Shown here one piece after another: positions 15,725 to 25,533 of a stretch of DNA of 25,533 nucleotides. Both the position numbers and the translations under genes were made by a program. The stretch is from Armatimonadota bacterium (lineage in GTDB: Bacteria; Armatimonadota; Hebobacteria; CAIYQO01), in contig JBBRXO010000029.1 of assembly GCA_038248345.1 (NCBI GenBank), positions 1 through 25,533 on the forward strand, read 5' to 3'. Positions within the stretch are counted from its first letter, which is position 1, and every line of letters begins with the position of its first letter. The notes beneath the pieces are model-generated. The model searched no databases. It had not been told where the DNA came from and was given only the letters and a program-made list of their open reading frames with translations.

Positions 15725-15753
15725 TTGACATCCCCATTGCTAGCCGGTAAAGT
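15725..15753 (+). promoter_or_regulatory. Sigma70 promoter for the large secreted protein gene
   Basis: TTGACA (15725-15730), 17 bp, TAAAGT (15748-15753); GAGAGG RBS at 15774-15779. Confidence 0.6.
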
Positions 15754-15788
15754 TATCAAAAACCATTATTGATGAGAGGTAAAGATTG

Positions 15789-18700
15789 ATGTATAGTTCA
15801 CCTTTGCGTGCAGTTTTCTGTACTTTGTGTTGCCTGGTGGCCCTTATGGGGGTGCGAGCCGTGGATCTGACTAATGGCTTAATGATGGCCGTGCCGACCC
15901 CCGAAGGGAAGGCGCCGGTTATTGATGGTACCCTGCAGGACTGGGATATGTCCGCTGCCGAACCCATCTGGATAGCGCCGGAATCGGCATCAATGTATCA
16001 TGCCAGTTTTGCAATGATGTATGATGATGATGCGCTTTATGTCGGCGTAAAGGCTTCGTTACCTAATCGTTCCCTGAAAAACACTAATACGCCACTGGAT
16101 GGCTTCTGGTGGGGTGATTGTATACAGCTTCGCCTGGTGGCCGATCCCCAACTGCCCTGGCCTGCGGGTAAGGGTGGGGCGTTCGCTGATAGTAACCGTG
16201 TCGCTCACATTTCCTTCTGGAAGTATACCGAAACGAAGGAAGATTATGTACAGATCGCCTATGGGGTCAATCTGGACAAAGGTGGGATACTGAATCCCGC
16301 AGGGAGTAAGACGGTCATTACTACTACCGGTCAAACTGCTTACACGCTGGAATCCCGCATCCCCTGGTCGGCACTGAATGTACCAGGAGGAAAAAATCCT
16401 TTTGCTCCGGGCCAGCGCATGACGGGTATCTTCGAGATACTTTGGAGTGGTGGTGATGCCAACCGCGTGGCGGCGATCTACGGACAAAACCCCGGCGTCT
16501 TCGCTTTCCAAAATCCCTCTACCTGGGGGGAGATTGAGCTCAGTCCGAAAGGGAAGTTAGCTCCGCGACGTCAAACGATGGAGCAGGCGCTGGCCGATCT
16601 GGTACCTAAACCAGTGGGAGTACCCATTACCTTCGATTTGCCGAAGGAGATGAAAGTTTCGGTTAATATTCTCGGCTCCAATGGCGAAGTGCTGCGTGAA
16701 CTGATCGGCGGGGAAACACGCCCGGCGGGTAAAACCACCGTGTATTGGGATGGCCGCGATCAATGGGGTGCGCCACTCGCGCCCGGATCATACAAGTGGG
16801 GCGCCTACATATCCAACGGTCTGCGAGCAGAATTCATGGGTACAGTGGGAGTTTCCGGTACCCCGTCTTATGAGACCGAAGATGGCACTGGCGGTTGGGG
16901 GGCTGATCATGGCGATGCGGTGGATGTAGCCGCGGATGCCACCGGCATGTATTTCCTCTGGGTAGTCTCCGAAGAAGGCCGTGCGCTGGTGAAGACGGAC
17001 AACGCGGGCAAAGTTATCTGGCGTAAAACGCCTTTCCTCGGCGGTGGTTTTGGGCCATTTTACGCACTTGCGACCAATGGTAAATATATCTACCTGTCTT
17101 TCGGCTTCGATAAGCCTCAATTAGCGAAACTTGAAGCCGCAACCGGGCGACTGCTTGCATTCTTAGACAGCAATACGGTGGAAATATCAGATGAGAAAGC
17201 CACCAAAATGCCATTTGATACAGTTCCGCTACAGCCTTCCGAATGTACCGGTATGGCATGCGACAGCACAACGGTATATGCCTCCGCGTATGCGAAGAAT
17301 GCTATTCGGCTCTTCGACGCCGAAACGGGTCGCTGGCTGCGTGATATCCCCTGTCCGGGTCCGCGTGGCATAGCATTGGATGCCAATGGTGACCTCTACG
17401 CTGTCTCTTACATTACTGGCCAGGCGCCGAGTGTGGTAGTCTTCCGTAAAGCCACACTGCCAGCGTTACCAGTTATCACAACTAACTTGCTGGCGCCGTG
17501 GCATGTGGCGGTGGACGCTGCCGGTCGCCTACATGTCAGCGACCAGGCGGAGAGCCAGCAGGTGAAGGTCTTCTCACCTGAGGGAAAATTGCTACGTGCA
17601 GTGGGTAAAGCGGGTGGACGCCCCTGGGCCGGTAAATATGACGGGAAAGCCCTGCTGCACCCGGCGGGTGTGGCTGCTGACGCTCAGGGTGGTGTGCTGG
17701 TGGCAGAATCCACCATCCCCAAGGTGATGTCTCGCTTTAGTGCATCGTCTGGCAAACTCCTGCAGCGTTGGTACGGCGATCGCTCCTACGCCACTACAAA
17801 TATCCCCGATCCCCATGACCCATGGACGCAATACTATTCGTTGGAGGGTGGTGCCCCTGGCGGATTCGCCCGTGCGCGTGTTGCTGGGGAGGGCGGTAGC
17901 GGGAACCCTGATGCCTATTGGTGTCTCCCCAAAATCGGCTACCCACAAGTTGATCTTTTGCTGGATACGATGAATGTCCCATTGTGCTTTTATGCCAAGA
18001 ACGGCAAACAGTATATGGTCAGCGATTCCAGCCCGCACGGTATTAGCCTGATAAAAGGTAACACCTTCACCCCAGTTGGCTATGCTCGTGTTACAAACTG
18101 GCAAACAGAGAAGAACGGGGTGGAACTCTGGAGCGATTTAAACGGCGACGGGAAGGTGCAGCCGAATGAACTGGTGATGCTCTCGACTATCGACGGCAAA
18201 CCGGCACCGCAGTTTGCCTCACAAACGGGTTCCATGTGGATGACCGAGACAGGTGATATGTACCTGGTATCAGAGAGCAATAGTATTGTGAAGATTCCTG
18301 CAACTGGCTTCACCAAGCAAGGTGCCATCCTGTGGGATGTGACGAAGGCCAGCTATGTAGTGCCCGTCGTACTCCCTGGCACAGATAAGATTTTCACTGG
18401 CTGGCGCGCTGGTATTCTCGGAGTGCGCACCGATGCGGAGCAGAACGTTTACGTCTGTTTCAATACCAATGCGCCGTACGCCACACCGGAGTTGACCAAG
18501 GCCATGCAGGAGGGCTTAGGCCACGCGGCAGAATTTAACGCGGTGAAGTTCGCTAAATATGGCCCGGATGGTAAGATGCTCTGGATGACCGGGCGCAAAG
18601 CCACTGGTCCAGCCAAGTCAGGCGAGATGTATCACTTCTGGGTACTCGGTGGGCTGGTGAATGACCGTTACATCGTTGGCGCCAGCGAGTGGGGCAACAT

Positions 18701-19649
18701 GTACATCTATACTGAGGACGGCTACTTCGTCGACACCCTCTTCGATGTAGCTGGCATGGGAACCGGCAAGCCTCCTTATACTTTCGGTAGCGAGACGTTT
18801 GCCGGACGTATCCAGTATTTCCCAGGGCTCAACCAGGTATGGGCCTACTCTTGCGGGAAGTCCTTCAAGGTGCGTGGTTTCGATCATGGGATAGTTAAAG
18901 ACGAAAAACGCATTTCTGGCGCTGTCGTGCTGGACAAGGTCTATGATCTAACCAGCGCTAACGCGAAAGTGGAACCGCTCCAGATCGCCGCATTGGCGGA
19001 TGTGAAAGAGCTGGATGATGCACCAACGAGCACATTACACATTGGTGACAAACCGTTAGCGAGCGCCCAGCTTGGGTATGACGCAGATTACCTCTATGCT
19101 CGCATCCATGTGATTGATGACTCACCATTGAAAAATAGTGCAGATGACGCGCGAATGGCCTTCAAAGGTGGGGACTGCGTCGGTCTCGATCTGGGGCCAG
19201 CAGGTGCACGCACCACGCCAGGAGCCGGGGATATTCGCCTGCTCGCCGCGCTGGTGGGTGGACAGCCGCGGCTGATCGCCTTGAAAGTGGTCACTAAACT
19301 GGCGAAGAATCCGAACATCTACAAATCGCCTGTCGGGCAGGTAGATTATGAGTTCGCTGGTGAAGTGCCGGGCGGCAAAGTAACGCTAACCCCCGATGCA
19401 GATGGCCATGGCTATACCGCTAATTTAGCGGTGCCACGTAGCTTCCTGGAAGAGATATCGCTGCAACCCGGCACTGACCTGGCGGGGGACATTGAGGTGC
19501 TTCTCTCCGGTCAAGGCGCCCGCGGTCTACAGGTAGTTTCGCGTAATTACCTCTTTACCCCGCGTGCGTCGGAGACGACCATGACAGATGACCTACCCTC
19601 TGAAGCACGCATGTATCCACAATATTGGGGTACAGTGCAAGTGAAATAG
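15789..19649 (+). CDS. Large secreted protein: CBM9/DOMON-like domain, FlgD-type Ig domain, NHL-like beta-propeller, C-terminal CBM9-like domain
   Basis: Signal peptide (...LVALMGVRA|VD), PVIDG.L.DW, YWDGRDQWGAPLAPGSY, repeated P.G(I/V)A.DA.G.L.V blades, Ca-binding-like DLNGDGKVQPNE. ATG at 15789; alternative TTG at 15786. Confidence 0.85.
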   Translation: MYSSPLRAVFCTLCCLVALMGVRAVDLTNGLMMAVPTPEGKAPVIDGTLQDWDMSAAEPIWIAPESASMYHASFAMMYDDDALYVGVKASLPNRSLKNTNTPLDGFWWGDCIQLRLVADPQLPWPAGKGGAFADSNRVAHISFWKYTETKEDYVQIAYGVNLDKGGILNPAGSKTVITTTGQTAYTLESRIPWSALNVPGGKNPFAPGQRMTGIFEILWSGGDANRVAAIYGQNPGVFAFQNPSTWGEIELSPKGKLAPRRQTMEQALADLVPKPVGVPITFDLPKEMKVSVNILGSNGEVLRELIGGETRPAGKTTVYWDGRDQWGAPLAPGSYKWGAYISNGLRAEFMGTVGVSGTPSYETEDGTGGWGADHGDAVDVAADATGMYFLWVVSEEGRALVKTDNAGKVIWRKTPFLGGGFGPFYALATNGKYIYLSFGFDKPQLAKLEAATGRLLAFLDSNTVEISDEKATKMPFDTVPLQPSECTGMACDSTTVYASAYAKNAIRLFDAETGRWLRDIPCPGPRGIALDANGDLYAVSYITGQAPSVVVFRKATLPALPVITTNLLAPWHVAVDAAGRLHVSDQAESQQVKVFSPEGKLLRAVGKAGGRPWAGKYDGKALLHPAGVAADAQGGVLVAESTIPKVMSRFSASSGKLLQRWYGDRSYATTNIPDPHDPWTQYYSLEGGAPGGFARARVAGEGGSGNPDAYWCLPKIGYPQVDLLLDTMNVPLCFYAKNGKQYMVSDSSPHGISLIKGNTFTPVGYARVTNWQTEKNGVELWSDLNGDGKVQPNELVMLSTIDGKPAPQFASQTGSMWMTETGDMYLVSESNSIVKIPATGFTKQGAILWDVTKASYVVPVVLPGTDKIFTGWRAGILGVRTDAEQNVYVCFNTNAPYATPELTKAMQEGLGHAAEFNAVKFAKYGPDGKMLWMTGRKATGPAKSGEMYHFWVLGGLVNDRYIVGASEWGNMYIYTEDGYFVDTLFDVAGMGTGKPPYTFGSETFAGRIQYFPGLNQVWAYSCGKSFKVRGFDHGIVKDEKRISGAVVLDKVYDLTSANAKVEPLQIAALADVKELDDAPTSTLHIGDKPLASAQLGYDADYLYARIHVIDDSPLKNSADDARMAFKGGDCVGLDLGPAGARTTPGAGDIRLLAALVGGQPRLIALKVVTKLAKNPNIYKSPVGQVDYEFAGEVPGGKVTLTPDADGHGYTANLAVPRSFLEEISLQPGTDLAGDIEVLLSGQGARGLQVVSRNYLFTPRASETTMTDDLPSEARMYPQYWGTVQVK

Positions 19650-19747
19650 CGTACTTCCGTCATCACGGGAGAAATTTATACAGCCCTGTTAGCGGTTGCA
19701 ACTGTTATTGGGGCTGTAACGTATAGTATACAATAGCTCCGTATCGG

Positions 19748-19777
19748 TTGACACTAACAGAACCGTTATGATACAAC
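19748..19777 (+). promoter_or_regulatory. Sigma70-type promoter for the second large protein gene
   Basis: TTGACA (19748-19753), 18 bp, TACAAC (19772-19777) preceded by TG. Confidence 0.5.
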
Positions 19778-19815
19778 AATGCAAATGCTGTAGAGCTAAT
19801 TAAATGGAGGAAAAA

Positions 19816-22800
19816 ATGCAAACCCCCAAGTTTGCCATCTGCTTGATGGCCCTCGTCCTGTTTGTTGGTTGCTTTGTGCATCCGGTAACTGCCCAGGAAG
19901 GTGGGATGTCGCTGAATAGCGAGGTTTCCGTCGTACCAGCCCCTGGCCCTGTTACTATTGATGGTAATACTGACGACTGGGATTTGTCGGCAGGCATCTG
20001 GAGCTATAATACTCCAGTGATCACTGATAAATTCAGTGTATGGACGCACATGATGTGGGATGACAAGGGGATCTATTTTCTCGCCCGTTATGCTGACAAA
20101 AGCCCGATGATGAACGCCACAATGGGCAAGGACTTTGCCAATAGTTGGAAAGCTGATTGCTATCAGGCGCGAGTTATTCTCGATGATAAGACAGCTGATG
20201 AGCACCAGATGCACATCAACATGTTCTACTCCACACCAGATAAACGACCATTCATGATCGTGAAACATGGTGGTTTTGGTGGCAATAATGATGCCACAGG
20301 CCCCGATAGACCTGATTTATTGGCACGTTTCGGCCCGGATATGGAAAAAGCTGACGGTAAGATCGCCATTGCTCTTAGTAAAGAAGGATACAATGCGGAG
20401 GCGTTTTGGCCGTGGAGTTATATACGCCTTAATGGCCAGCCGCTGAACGCAGGCGATAAATTCGTCTTTGGTATGGAAGCAATGTGGGGCGATGTCACGG
20501 GTACGGACATCTGGCCATCTCACCGGCTAGCTGATGGCATTAAGAATGACAAAGTCAACCGTATCTTCATGTTCCGCGCCCGCGATGGCTGGGGTTCAGC
20601 GGTCATCCAGGAGAAAGGACATCTCAATATCACCGCCGTGCAGCGTGAAATTTACGCTCAAAGACTCAAACAGTTTGTAAATTACGACACAACGGGCACT
20701 ATTCCCATTAAATACGACCTGGCTGATGATCGAGAAGTCACCATCGCCATCGAAAATGATAAAGATACCCGCGTACGTAACCTCTTTGGCCAATTTCCAC
20801 GGCAGGCAGGTAAAATCACGGACTTGTGGGATGGGCTGGACGATAATGGCAATCCCGTGCCCCCCGGTTCGTATACCGCCCAAGTACTGGATCACAAACC
20901 GATCAGCCTGCGCTTCTTCAACAGCCTCTATAATGCCGCTACTCCGCCGTGGAGCACTGACAAGGGCAAAAAGATATGGGGGCCAGACCATGGTAACCCG
21001 GCTTCGGTAGCAATCCGCGGTGATGTAATCCTCTGCGCCTTCACTGGTGTAGAAGGCGGGATGGGCCTCTTGCGCTGTTCACCAGACGGTATTATCCAAT
21101 GGTCTAATGTTACCGAAAACACCGATGCCTGTATGGACGACAAGTTTGCTTATGGCTTTACTTGGGAAGGGGTATTGCGACGCTTTAACCTGACAACCGG
21201 GCAACTAATACCGTTTGCTGATGCGCTCCGCAGCCCGGGTATTGCCTTGACGGATGTTGTTCTCAATAAAGACAATGAATCCAGTATCGCCTGTGTAGAT
21301 GGCAAGCTATTTATAGCTGGAGAAAAACTCTACCGTATTGATCCGGCTACTGGTGCGGTTGAGGCTGCATTGGTGGTAGCAAATTTGCGTGCTGTGACCT
21401 CTTACCAGGACAAACTAGTAGGCTTGTTCTCCGATGGTACGGTAGCAAAAATTAATGCTGATGGTATCCGCGGGCAAGTAATCATCGTGGCCAAAGGTGT
21501 CGTTAAACCGGTTCGGATCTCCATAGCTGGTGATGGACGGGTGGCGATTACTGATCGTGGCACCAACCAGGTTCTGCTCTTTGGGACAGATGGCAAGCTG
21601 GTGCAAACGATAGGCGACGCCCGTACCGAGCCAGAACGTCCGGCTGGCAAGTTCATCGAGTCTGATCTGGCTAATCCACTGGGAGCGGCATATGATGAGC
21701 AGGGACGGATATGGATTGCCGAAGCAAGTAAGCACTCCAAGCGGGTGACCGCCTGGTCCGATAAAGGACAGCTACAGAAATCATTCTGGGGCGCAGCGGA
21801 TTACGGGGCGATGTCGGGCTTCCCCTTCACCTTCGATTCTACTCGTTTCATCGCTCACTGCGTTGAGTTCAAACTCGATCCCAATCCGGATATTATGAAC
21901 CGACCTACCGCTGAAAAGCCACTCATATACCATCCTGAGTTGGCTGGAGCGCGTGGTTTCATTTACAGCTACCAGGGGCATGAATTCGTTTGTGCCGCTC
22001 CCGGAGGCAACGACCCATCGCCGATAACAATTTTTCGTCGAAATAAAGATCAGGTATTCGTGCCATGCGTACAGTTTAAGAAGACTGGGCAGGCATGGGT
22101 GGATCGTAATGGCGATGGTAAAGGATCTCCGGATGAATTGACCAATATAAACCTGGGATGGACATACTGGTCAAATGGTTGGGTACGCCCCGATATGGCG
22201 ATTATGACAATTAGTGGTAATCTCCTCAAGCCGACAGGGATTTCACCGGAAGGTGTTCCACTCTATGATTTTACCCGTCCGGAAAAGATTGCTAATTGGT
22301 TTAATACCCGGGAAACACAGGGCACCAGTGGGGGCACCGCGGTGATCGACTTGGCGGGTAATGTCTCCGATGGCATCCGTTTCCACACCGTTGATGGACG
22401 TAGTGGCGCATATCCTAATCTTTATGGACGCCATGATGCCCCTGCTGCCCAGCGGGGTGTGTTGATCGCACCATTCCGTACTAACGGTGTGGTCGAGGAT
22501 GTGCCGACAGTAGGCGCTATCACAGCATTGGGCGGTGATCGCGGTGAATGGTTCCTGATGACAATGGATGGCCTGTACATATCAAGCATATTGCAGGATA
22601 TCAAAGGTGATGTAACTCTCGATGCGACTTTTGTCGGAGCGGAGAGCTTCGGTGGGTTTATCTGGCGCGACGAAAAGAAGCGGGTGCTTGTACAACTCGG
22701 CGGCAACTCTTACCGTTTAATGGAGGTATTAGGGTTGGAGACATGCCATAAACAGCAGCTGACCCTGGAAGTAACCGCCGAACAGATAGCTGAAGGACAG

Positions 22801-23535
22801 AAAATTGCTGCTGCTCAAAAGGCTGCGGCCGGCGTAGAACCGAAAGAATTAACTATTACCAAGGTTGCCACTTTGCCCGCCGGTACAGTTGCAGCTGACC
22901 TGCCCATGGATAAATCGTTAATCGCTGGAGTACCCGATTTGCTGGTGAAGGAACGCGGAGATGCAACTCGGTGGTGGCGTGCGGCGCTGGCCCACGATGG
23001 GAAAGACATGATGATCGTCTGGCAAGTTGCCGATGCAAGCCCGTGGAAAAATGGTGAAGGCAGGTTCACTCACGCCTTCATCGGCGGTGACTGTGTCGAT
23101 CTTAAATTGCAGATTCCCGGGCGCGGACCGGTGCGTGTACTGGTTGCACCGATAGAGGGAAAAGATGCCGTTGTTTACTCCCAGCAGACTGCCGCTGTTA
23201 AAGATAACCCTACGACATACGTCGTCGGCAATAACGCAGGCAACGCCGCCAATTTCGATGTGGTTCGAAGAATGGCGACTGCCACCGCTAAATCAATGAC
23301 TTCCCCGACTGGTTATACGGTTACCCTGCGCGTTCCGCTGGCCGATCTGGGCCTTGAAGCCGCTAATATCATAGCCGTCAAGGGAGTTATCGGGGTGATC
23401 TATTCCGATCCCACCGGTACCAACCGTCTCGCACGTCTCTATTGGAACGACAAACAGACGGGCATGGTGTCAGACGTACCCTCGGAAGCCAAGATAGACG
23501 CCACTCGCTTTGGGCCAATCAAGTTAGAGAGGTAA
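19816..23535 (+). CDS. Large secreted protein, paralog of 15789-19649 (CBM9-like/FlgD-Ig/beta-propeller)
   Basis: Signal peptide (...VHPVTA|QE), VTIDG..DDW, LWDGLDDNGNPVPPGSY, WGPDHG, DRNGDGKGSPDE, GGDCVDL and DVPSEA. Start placed at ATG 19816, after GGAGG at 19806-19810. Confidence 0.85.
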   Translation: MQTPKFAICLMALVLFVGCFVHPVTAQEGGMSLNSEVSVVPAPGPVTIDGNTDDWDLSAGIWSYNTPVITDKFSVWTHMMWDDKGIYFLARYADKSPMMNATMGKDFANSWKADCYQARVILDDKTADEHQMHINMFYSTPDKRPFMIVKHGGFGGNNDATGPDRPDLLARFGPDMEKADGKIAIALSKEGYNAEAFWPWSYIRLNGQPLNAGDKFVFGMEAMWGDVTGTDIWPSHRLADGIKNDKVNRIFMFRARDGWGSAVIQEKGHLNITAVQREIYAQRLKQFVNYDTTGTIPIKYDLADDREVTIAIENDKDTRVRNLFGQFPRQAGKITDLWDGLDDNGNPVPPGSYTAQVLDHKPISLRFFNSLYNAATPPWSTDKGKKIWGPDHGNPASVAIRGDVILCAFTGVEGGMGLLRCSPDGIIQWSNVTENTDACMDDKFAYGFTWEGVLRRFNLTTGQLIPFADALRSPGIALTDVVLNKDNESSIACVDGKLFIAGEKLYRIDPATGAVEAALVVANLRAVTSYQDKLVGLFSDGTVAKINADGIRGQVIIVAKGVVKPVRISIAGDGRVAITDRGTNQVLLFGTDGKLVQTIGDARTEPERPAGKFIESDLANPLGAAYDEQGRIWIAEASKHSKRVTAWSDKGQLQKSFWGAADYGAMSGFPFTFDSTRFIAHCVEFKLDPNPDIMNRPTAEKPLIYHPELAGARGFIYSYQGHEFVCAAPGGNDPSPITIFRRNKDQVFVPCVQFKKTGQAWVDRNGDGKGSPDELTNINLGWTYWSNGWVRPDMAIMTISGNLLKPTGISPEGVPLYDFTRPEKIANWFNTRETQGTSGGTAVIDLAGNVSDGIRFHTVDGRSGAYPNLYGRHDAPAAQRGVLIAPFRTNGVVEDVPTVGAITALGGDRGEWFLMTMDGLYISSILQDIKGDVTLDATFVGAESFGGFIWRDEKKRVLVQLGGNSYRLMEVLGLETCHKQQLTLEVTAEQIAEGQKIAAAQKAAAGVEPKELTITKVATLPAGTVAADLPMDKSLIAGVPDLLVKERGDATRWWRAALAHDGKDMMIVWQVADASPWKNGEGRFTHAFIGGDCVDLKLQIPGRGPVRVLVAPIEGKDAVVYSQQTAAVKDNPTTYVVGNNAGNAANFDVVRRMATATAKSMTSPTGYTVTLRVPLADLGLEAANIIAVKGVIGVIYSDPTGTNRLARLYWNDKQTGMVSDVPSEAKIDATRFGPIKLER

Positions 23536-23555
23536 CATCTCTAAGTTAAACAATT

Positions 23556-23587
23556 TACGCACCTCTGGCAAAAGCCGGAGGTGCGTA
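23556..23587 (+). terminator. Stem-loop (weak terminator or mRNA stabiliser)
   Basis: tacgcacctctggc-aaaa-gccggaggtgcgta: 14-bp stem with one G-U pair and only a weak U-tract. Confidence 0.55.
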
Positions 23588-23622
23588 TTAATGTCATTTC
23601 CAACCATCAAGGAGGTATTTGT

Positions 23623-25473
23623 ATGTTTGGTAAGTACTCACATGGTCGCAGGATGAATATCGGCGGCCGTATATGGCTTTGTGCCGTGCTAGCTTTGCTG
23701 GCCAGCGCCGCTTTTGGCGCTAATCTGGTGTCAAACACCGAGCTGGCGGCGGCCAATTCGCGTTATGTTTTTTTGCCGCCGATTGACGATGGCGGCAAAT
23801 CCAGTGGCTCCCATGCAGTGACTATCTGTTTGCCAGCTGGCTATGGTTCCACTGATAGACGCTATCCGGTGATATATCTCTTAGATGGCGATTTGTCTCT
23901 CATGACTAGCCAGCATGGTTTTAGCGATACGATTGCCTATGAGCAGGTGCACGATCAATTGGTGCATGATGGGTTAATTGAACCGGCAATCTTTGTGGCT
24001 ATCCATAATTCTACCGACTTAGATGGTAATTACATAAAAGGAAATCGGGGTATCGATTATCATTATTCCACAATGACCGGTGAGAATGGTGCCGTGATCC
24101 CTTCAAAATCGGAAGGTTACTACGAATACCTTGCCAAGACGATCAAACCGATGATCGACGATGCGTACCGCACGCGAACAGAGCCAGCATCCACCGGGAT
24201 CGCGGGTTTTTCGGCGGGTGGAGCGGGTGCATTCTGGATGACTTATCTGCATCCAGAAACTTTCGGCATGGCGATTTGCCAGTCTCCGCCATTCTTTTCC
24301 TCCTGGGTCAATAAAGAGCTGCAAGCGATGATGGATGACACAAAGCGACCGATTCCCGCGGTGAAGCTGTGGTTCGACGCCGGTTCGCAGGAGTTCGATT
24401 TCATCTATAAGGATGCTTATGCGGCCTATCGGACGTTGATCGCCCAGGGTTTTCGCTCGAACGAAAACATCGCCTTCTACACCGGGCATGGCCATGGACA
24501 TGAGAAGTTTGACTGTAATCGCCGGCTGCGTGCCGGACTCTTTTTCATGCTACGTACCAAAACCCCAACATTGACGGGGGTGGAAATTACCCAGATGGAA
24601 TCTGAGCCGACGGCTGGTGGTCCGCTCAATCTGACGCGTCCGAGTCACGTGGTGCTGGAGACGATTTACGATAATTGGTTCCGCCTGACCGACTGTACTG
24701 CAGAATTTTCCATTAAAACTTCAAAAGTGGCATCCCTTACAAAAATCACCAATGAGCTGCGTCCCATAACCCCTGGGCACACTACCGTTACCTCATCTTA
24801 TGCTGGACGTAAGATTGTGCGGGATGTGCAGGTGGTGCCTCCTACGGCACAGGAGAAATGCGTTGCTACGAAAACACCTATTGTCATTGATGGCGATCTG
24901 TCCGACTGGGCGAAGCTGCCGGTGCAGGTAGAGAAACCGTTTAACGCCAGTGATGTCTCGTTGTGGAGCGGGCCCGCCGATCTCTCGTATCGCTTCGGCT
25001 GTACATATGATGATAAGTATTTCTATGTAGCCATTCAGACTACCGACGAGATTATGAATAGCGTCCCTGGTAAAGACCCGTGGTTCCAGGATGGAGTAGA
25101 AGTGCGTCTCGATGCCCGTCCGGAGGCGGAGCGATTGTTCGGTCAAGGCAAGGAGTTCCAAGACTTTTTGCTGATAGCGATGAGTCCTGTACATGCGGGT
25201 GAACCAACAGTTCCTCATAACGCAGTTCAACTCCCGGCAGGGACAAAAACCATCTGCGTAGCCACACCAACGGGGCATAATACCGAGATAGCCATCCCCA
25301 TCTCCTATCTGAATGAAAAGGCAGGCCAGCCTTGGCGTGCAGTTCATCTTAACGTGGTAGTCAACGATCTTGACAATGATTACAAAGGCTTCAAAGGAGA
25401 TAAGCTGTGGTGGCAAGCGGACTGGCGTACTCCTGCCAGCACCTGGGGAGCGGGTACATTTGTAAAAAAATAG
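23623..25473 (+). CDS. Secreted alpha/beta-hydrolase esterase (Fes/IroE/CE1-like) with Ig-like and CBM9-like C-terminal domains
   Basis: Signal peptide, RYPVIYLLDG, nucleophile elbow GFSAGG, candidate His in GHGHE; C-terminal PIVIDGDLSDW, YDDKYFYVA and PWFQDGVEV. Start placed at ATG 23623 after GGAGGT. Confidence 0.88.
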   Translation: MFGKYSHGRRMNIGGRIWLCAVLALLASAAFGANLVSNTELAAANSRYVFLPPIDDGGKSSGSHAVTICLPAGYGSTDRRYPVIYLLDGDLSLMTSQHGFSDTIAYEQVHDQLVHDGLIEPAIFVAIHNSTDLDGNYIKGNRGIDYHYSTMTGENGAVIPSKSEGYYEYLAKTIKPMIDDAYRTRTEPASTGIAGFSAGGAGAFWMTYLHPETFGMAICQSPPFFSSWVNKELQAMMDDTKRPIPAVKLWFDAGSQEFDFIYKDAYAAYRTLIAQGFRSNENIAFYTGHGHGHEKFDCNRRLRAGLFFMLRTKTPTLTGVEITQMESEPTAGGPLNLTRPSHVVLETIYDNWFRLTDCTAEFSIKTSKVASLTKITNELRPITPGHTTVTSSYAGRKIVRDVQVVPPTAQEKCVATKTPIVIDGDLSDWAKLPVQVEKPFNASDVSLWSGPADLSYRFGCTYDDKYFYVAIQTTDEIMNSVPGKDPWFQDGVEVRLDARPEAERLFGQGKEFQDFLLIAMSPVHAGEPTVPHNAVQLPAGTKTICVATPTGHNTEIAIPISYLNEKAGQPWRAVHLNVVVNDLDNDYKGFKGDKLWWQADWRTPASTWGAGTFVKK

Positions 25474-25533
25474 GGTAAGTATTCGGTAAAAAAATCTACT
25501 AATATTTGTAGTAAAACTCGTTCTACGGAAATA

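Noticed and set aside
15557..15788. Short minus-strand ORFs upstream of ThiF-MT (MFSNSYNW*, MPEKCTKYRTLMVQSLTR*)
   Set aside because: No RBS, and they lie upstream of or across the predicted promoter.
23524..23544. Small hairpin ttagaga-ggtaaca-tctctaa over the stop codon
   Set aside because: Short AT-rich 7-bp stem that could arise by chance.

Overview
Bacterial genomic window. The repeat types and large secreted FlgD-Ig/beta-propeller proteins suggest an Armatimonadota/PVC-like organism (inference only). Left part, core-like genes on +: 5'-truncated ppdK, larE and rdgB (ATGA-coupled), and two tandem membrane-anchored NodB-type polysaccharide deacetylases. The intergenic gaps carry mosaics of REP/MITE-like palindromic repeats and an unannotated 59-aa minus-strand gene preceded by a probable PIN-toxin remnant. 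Middle part (7007-15556, minus strand) is the most interesting: a co-oriented five-gene cassette encoding a ThiF-adenylyltransferase/SAM-methyltransferase fusion, a FabF-like ketosynthase with an altered Cys-His-Gln catalytic triad, a 7TM-GAF-PAS histidine kinase, a REC-GAF-PAS-HisKA protein with a degenerate ATPase domain, and a REC-HD-GYP regulator. It reads as a candidate small-molecule signal synthesis, sensing and c-di-GMP output system. Right part (+): two paralogous ~1250-aa secreted CBM9-like/FlgD-Ig/beta-propeller proteins and a secreted esterase-Ig-CBM9-like protein, probably a glycan-foraging cluster. All calls come from reading motifs by eye; no database searches were run.
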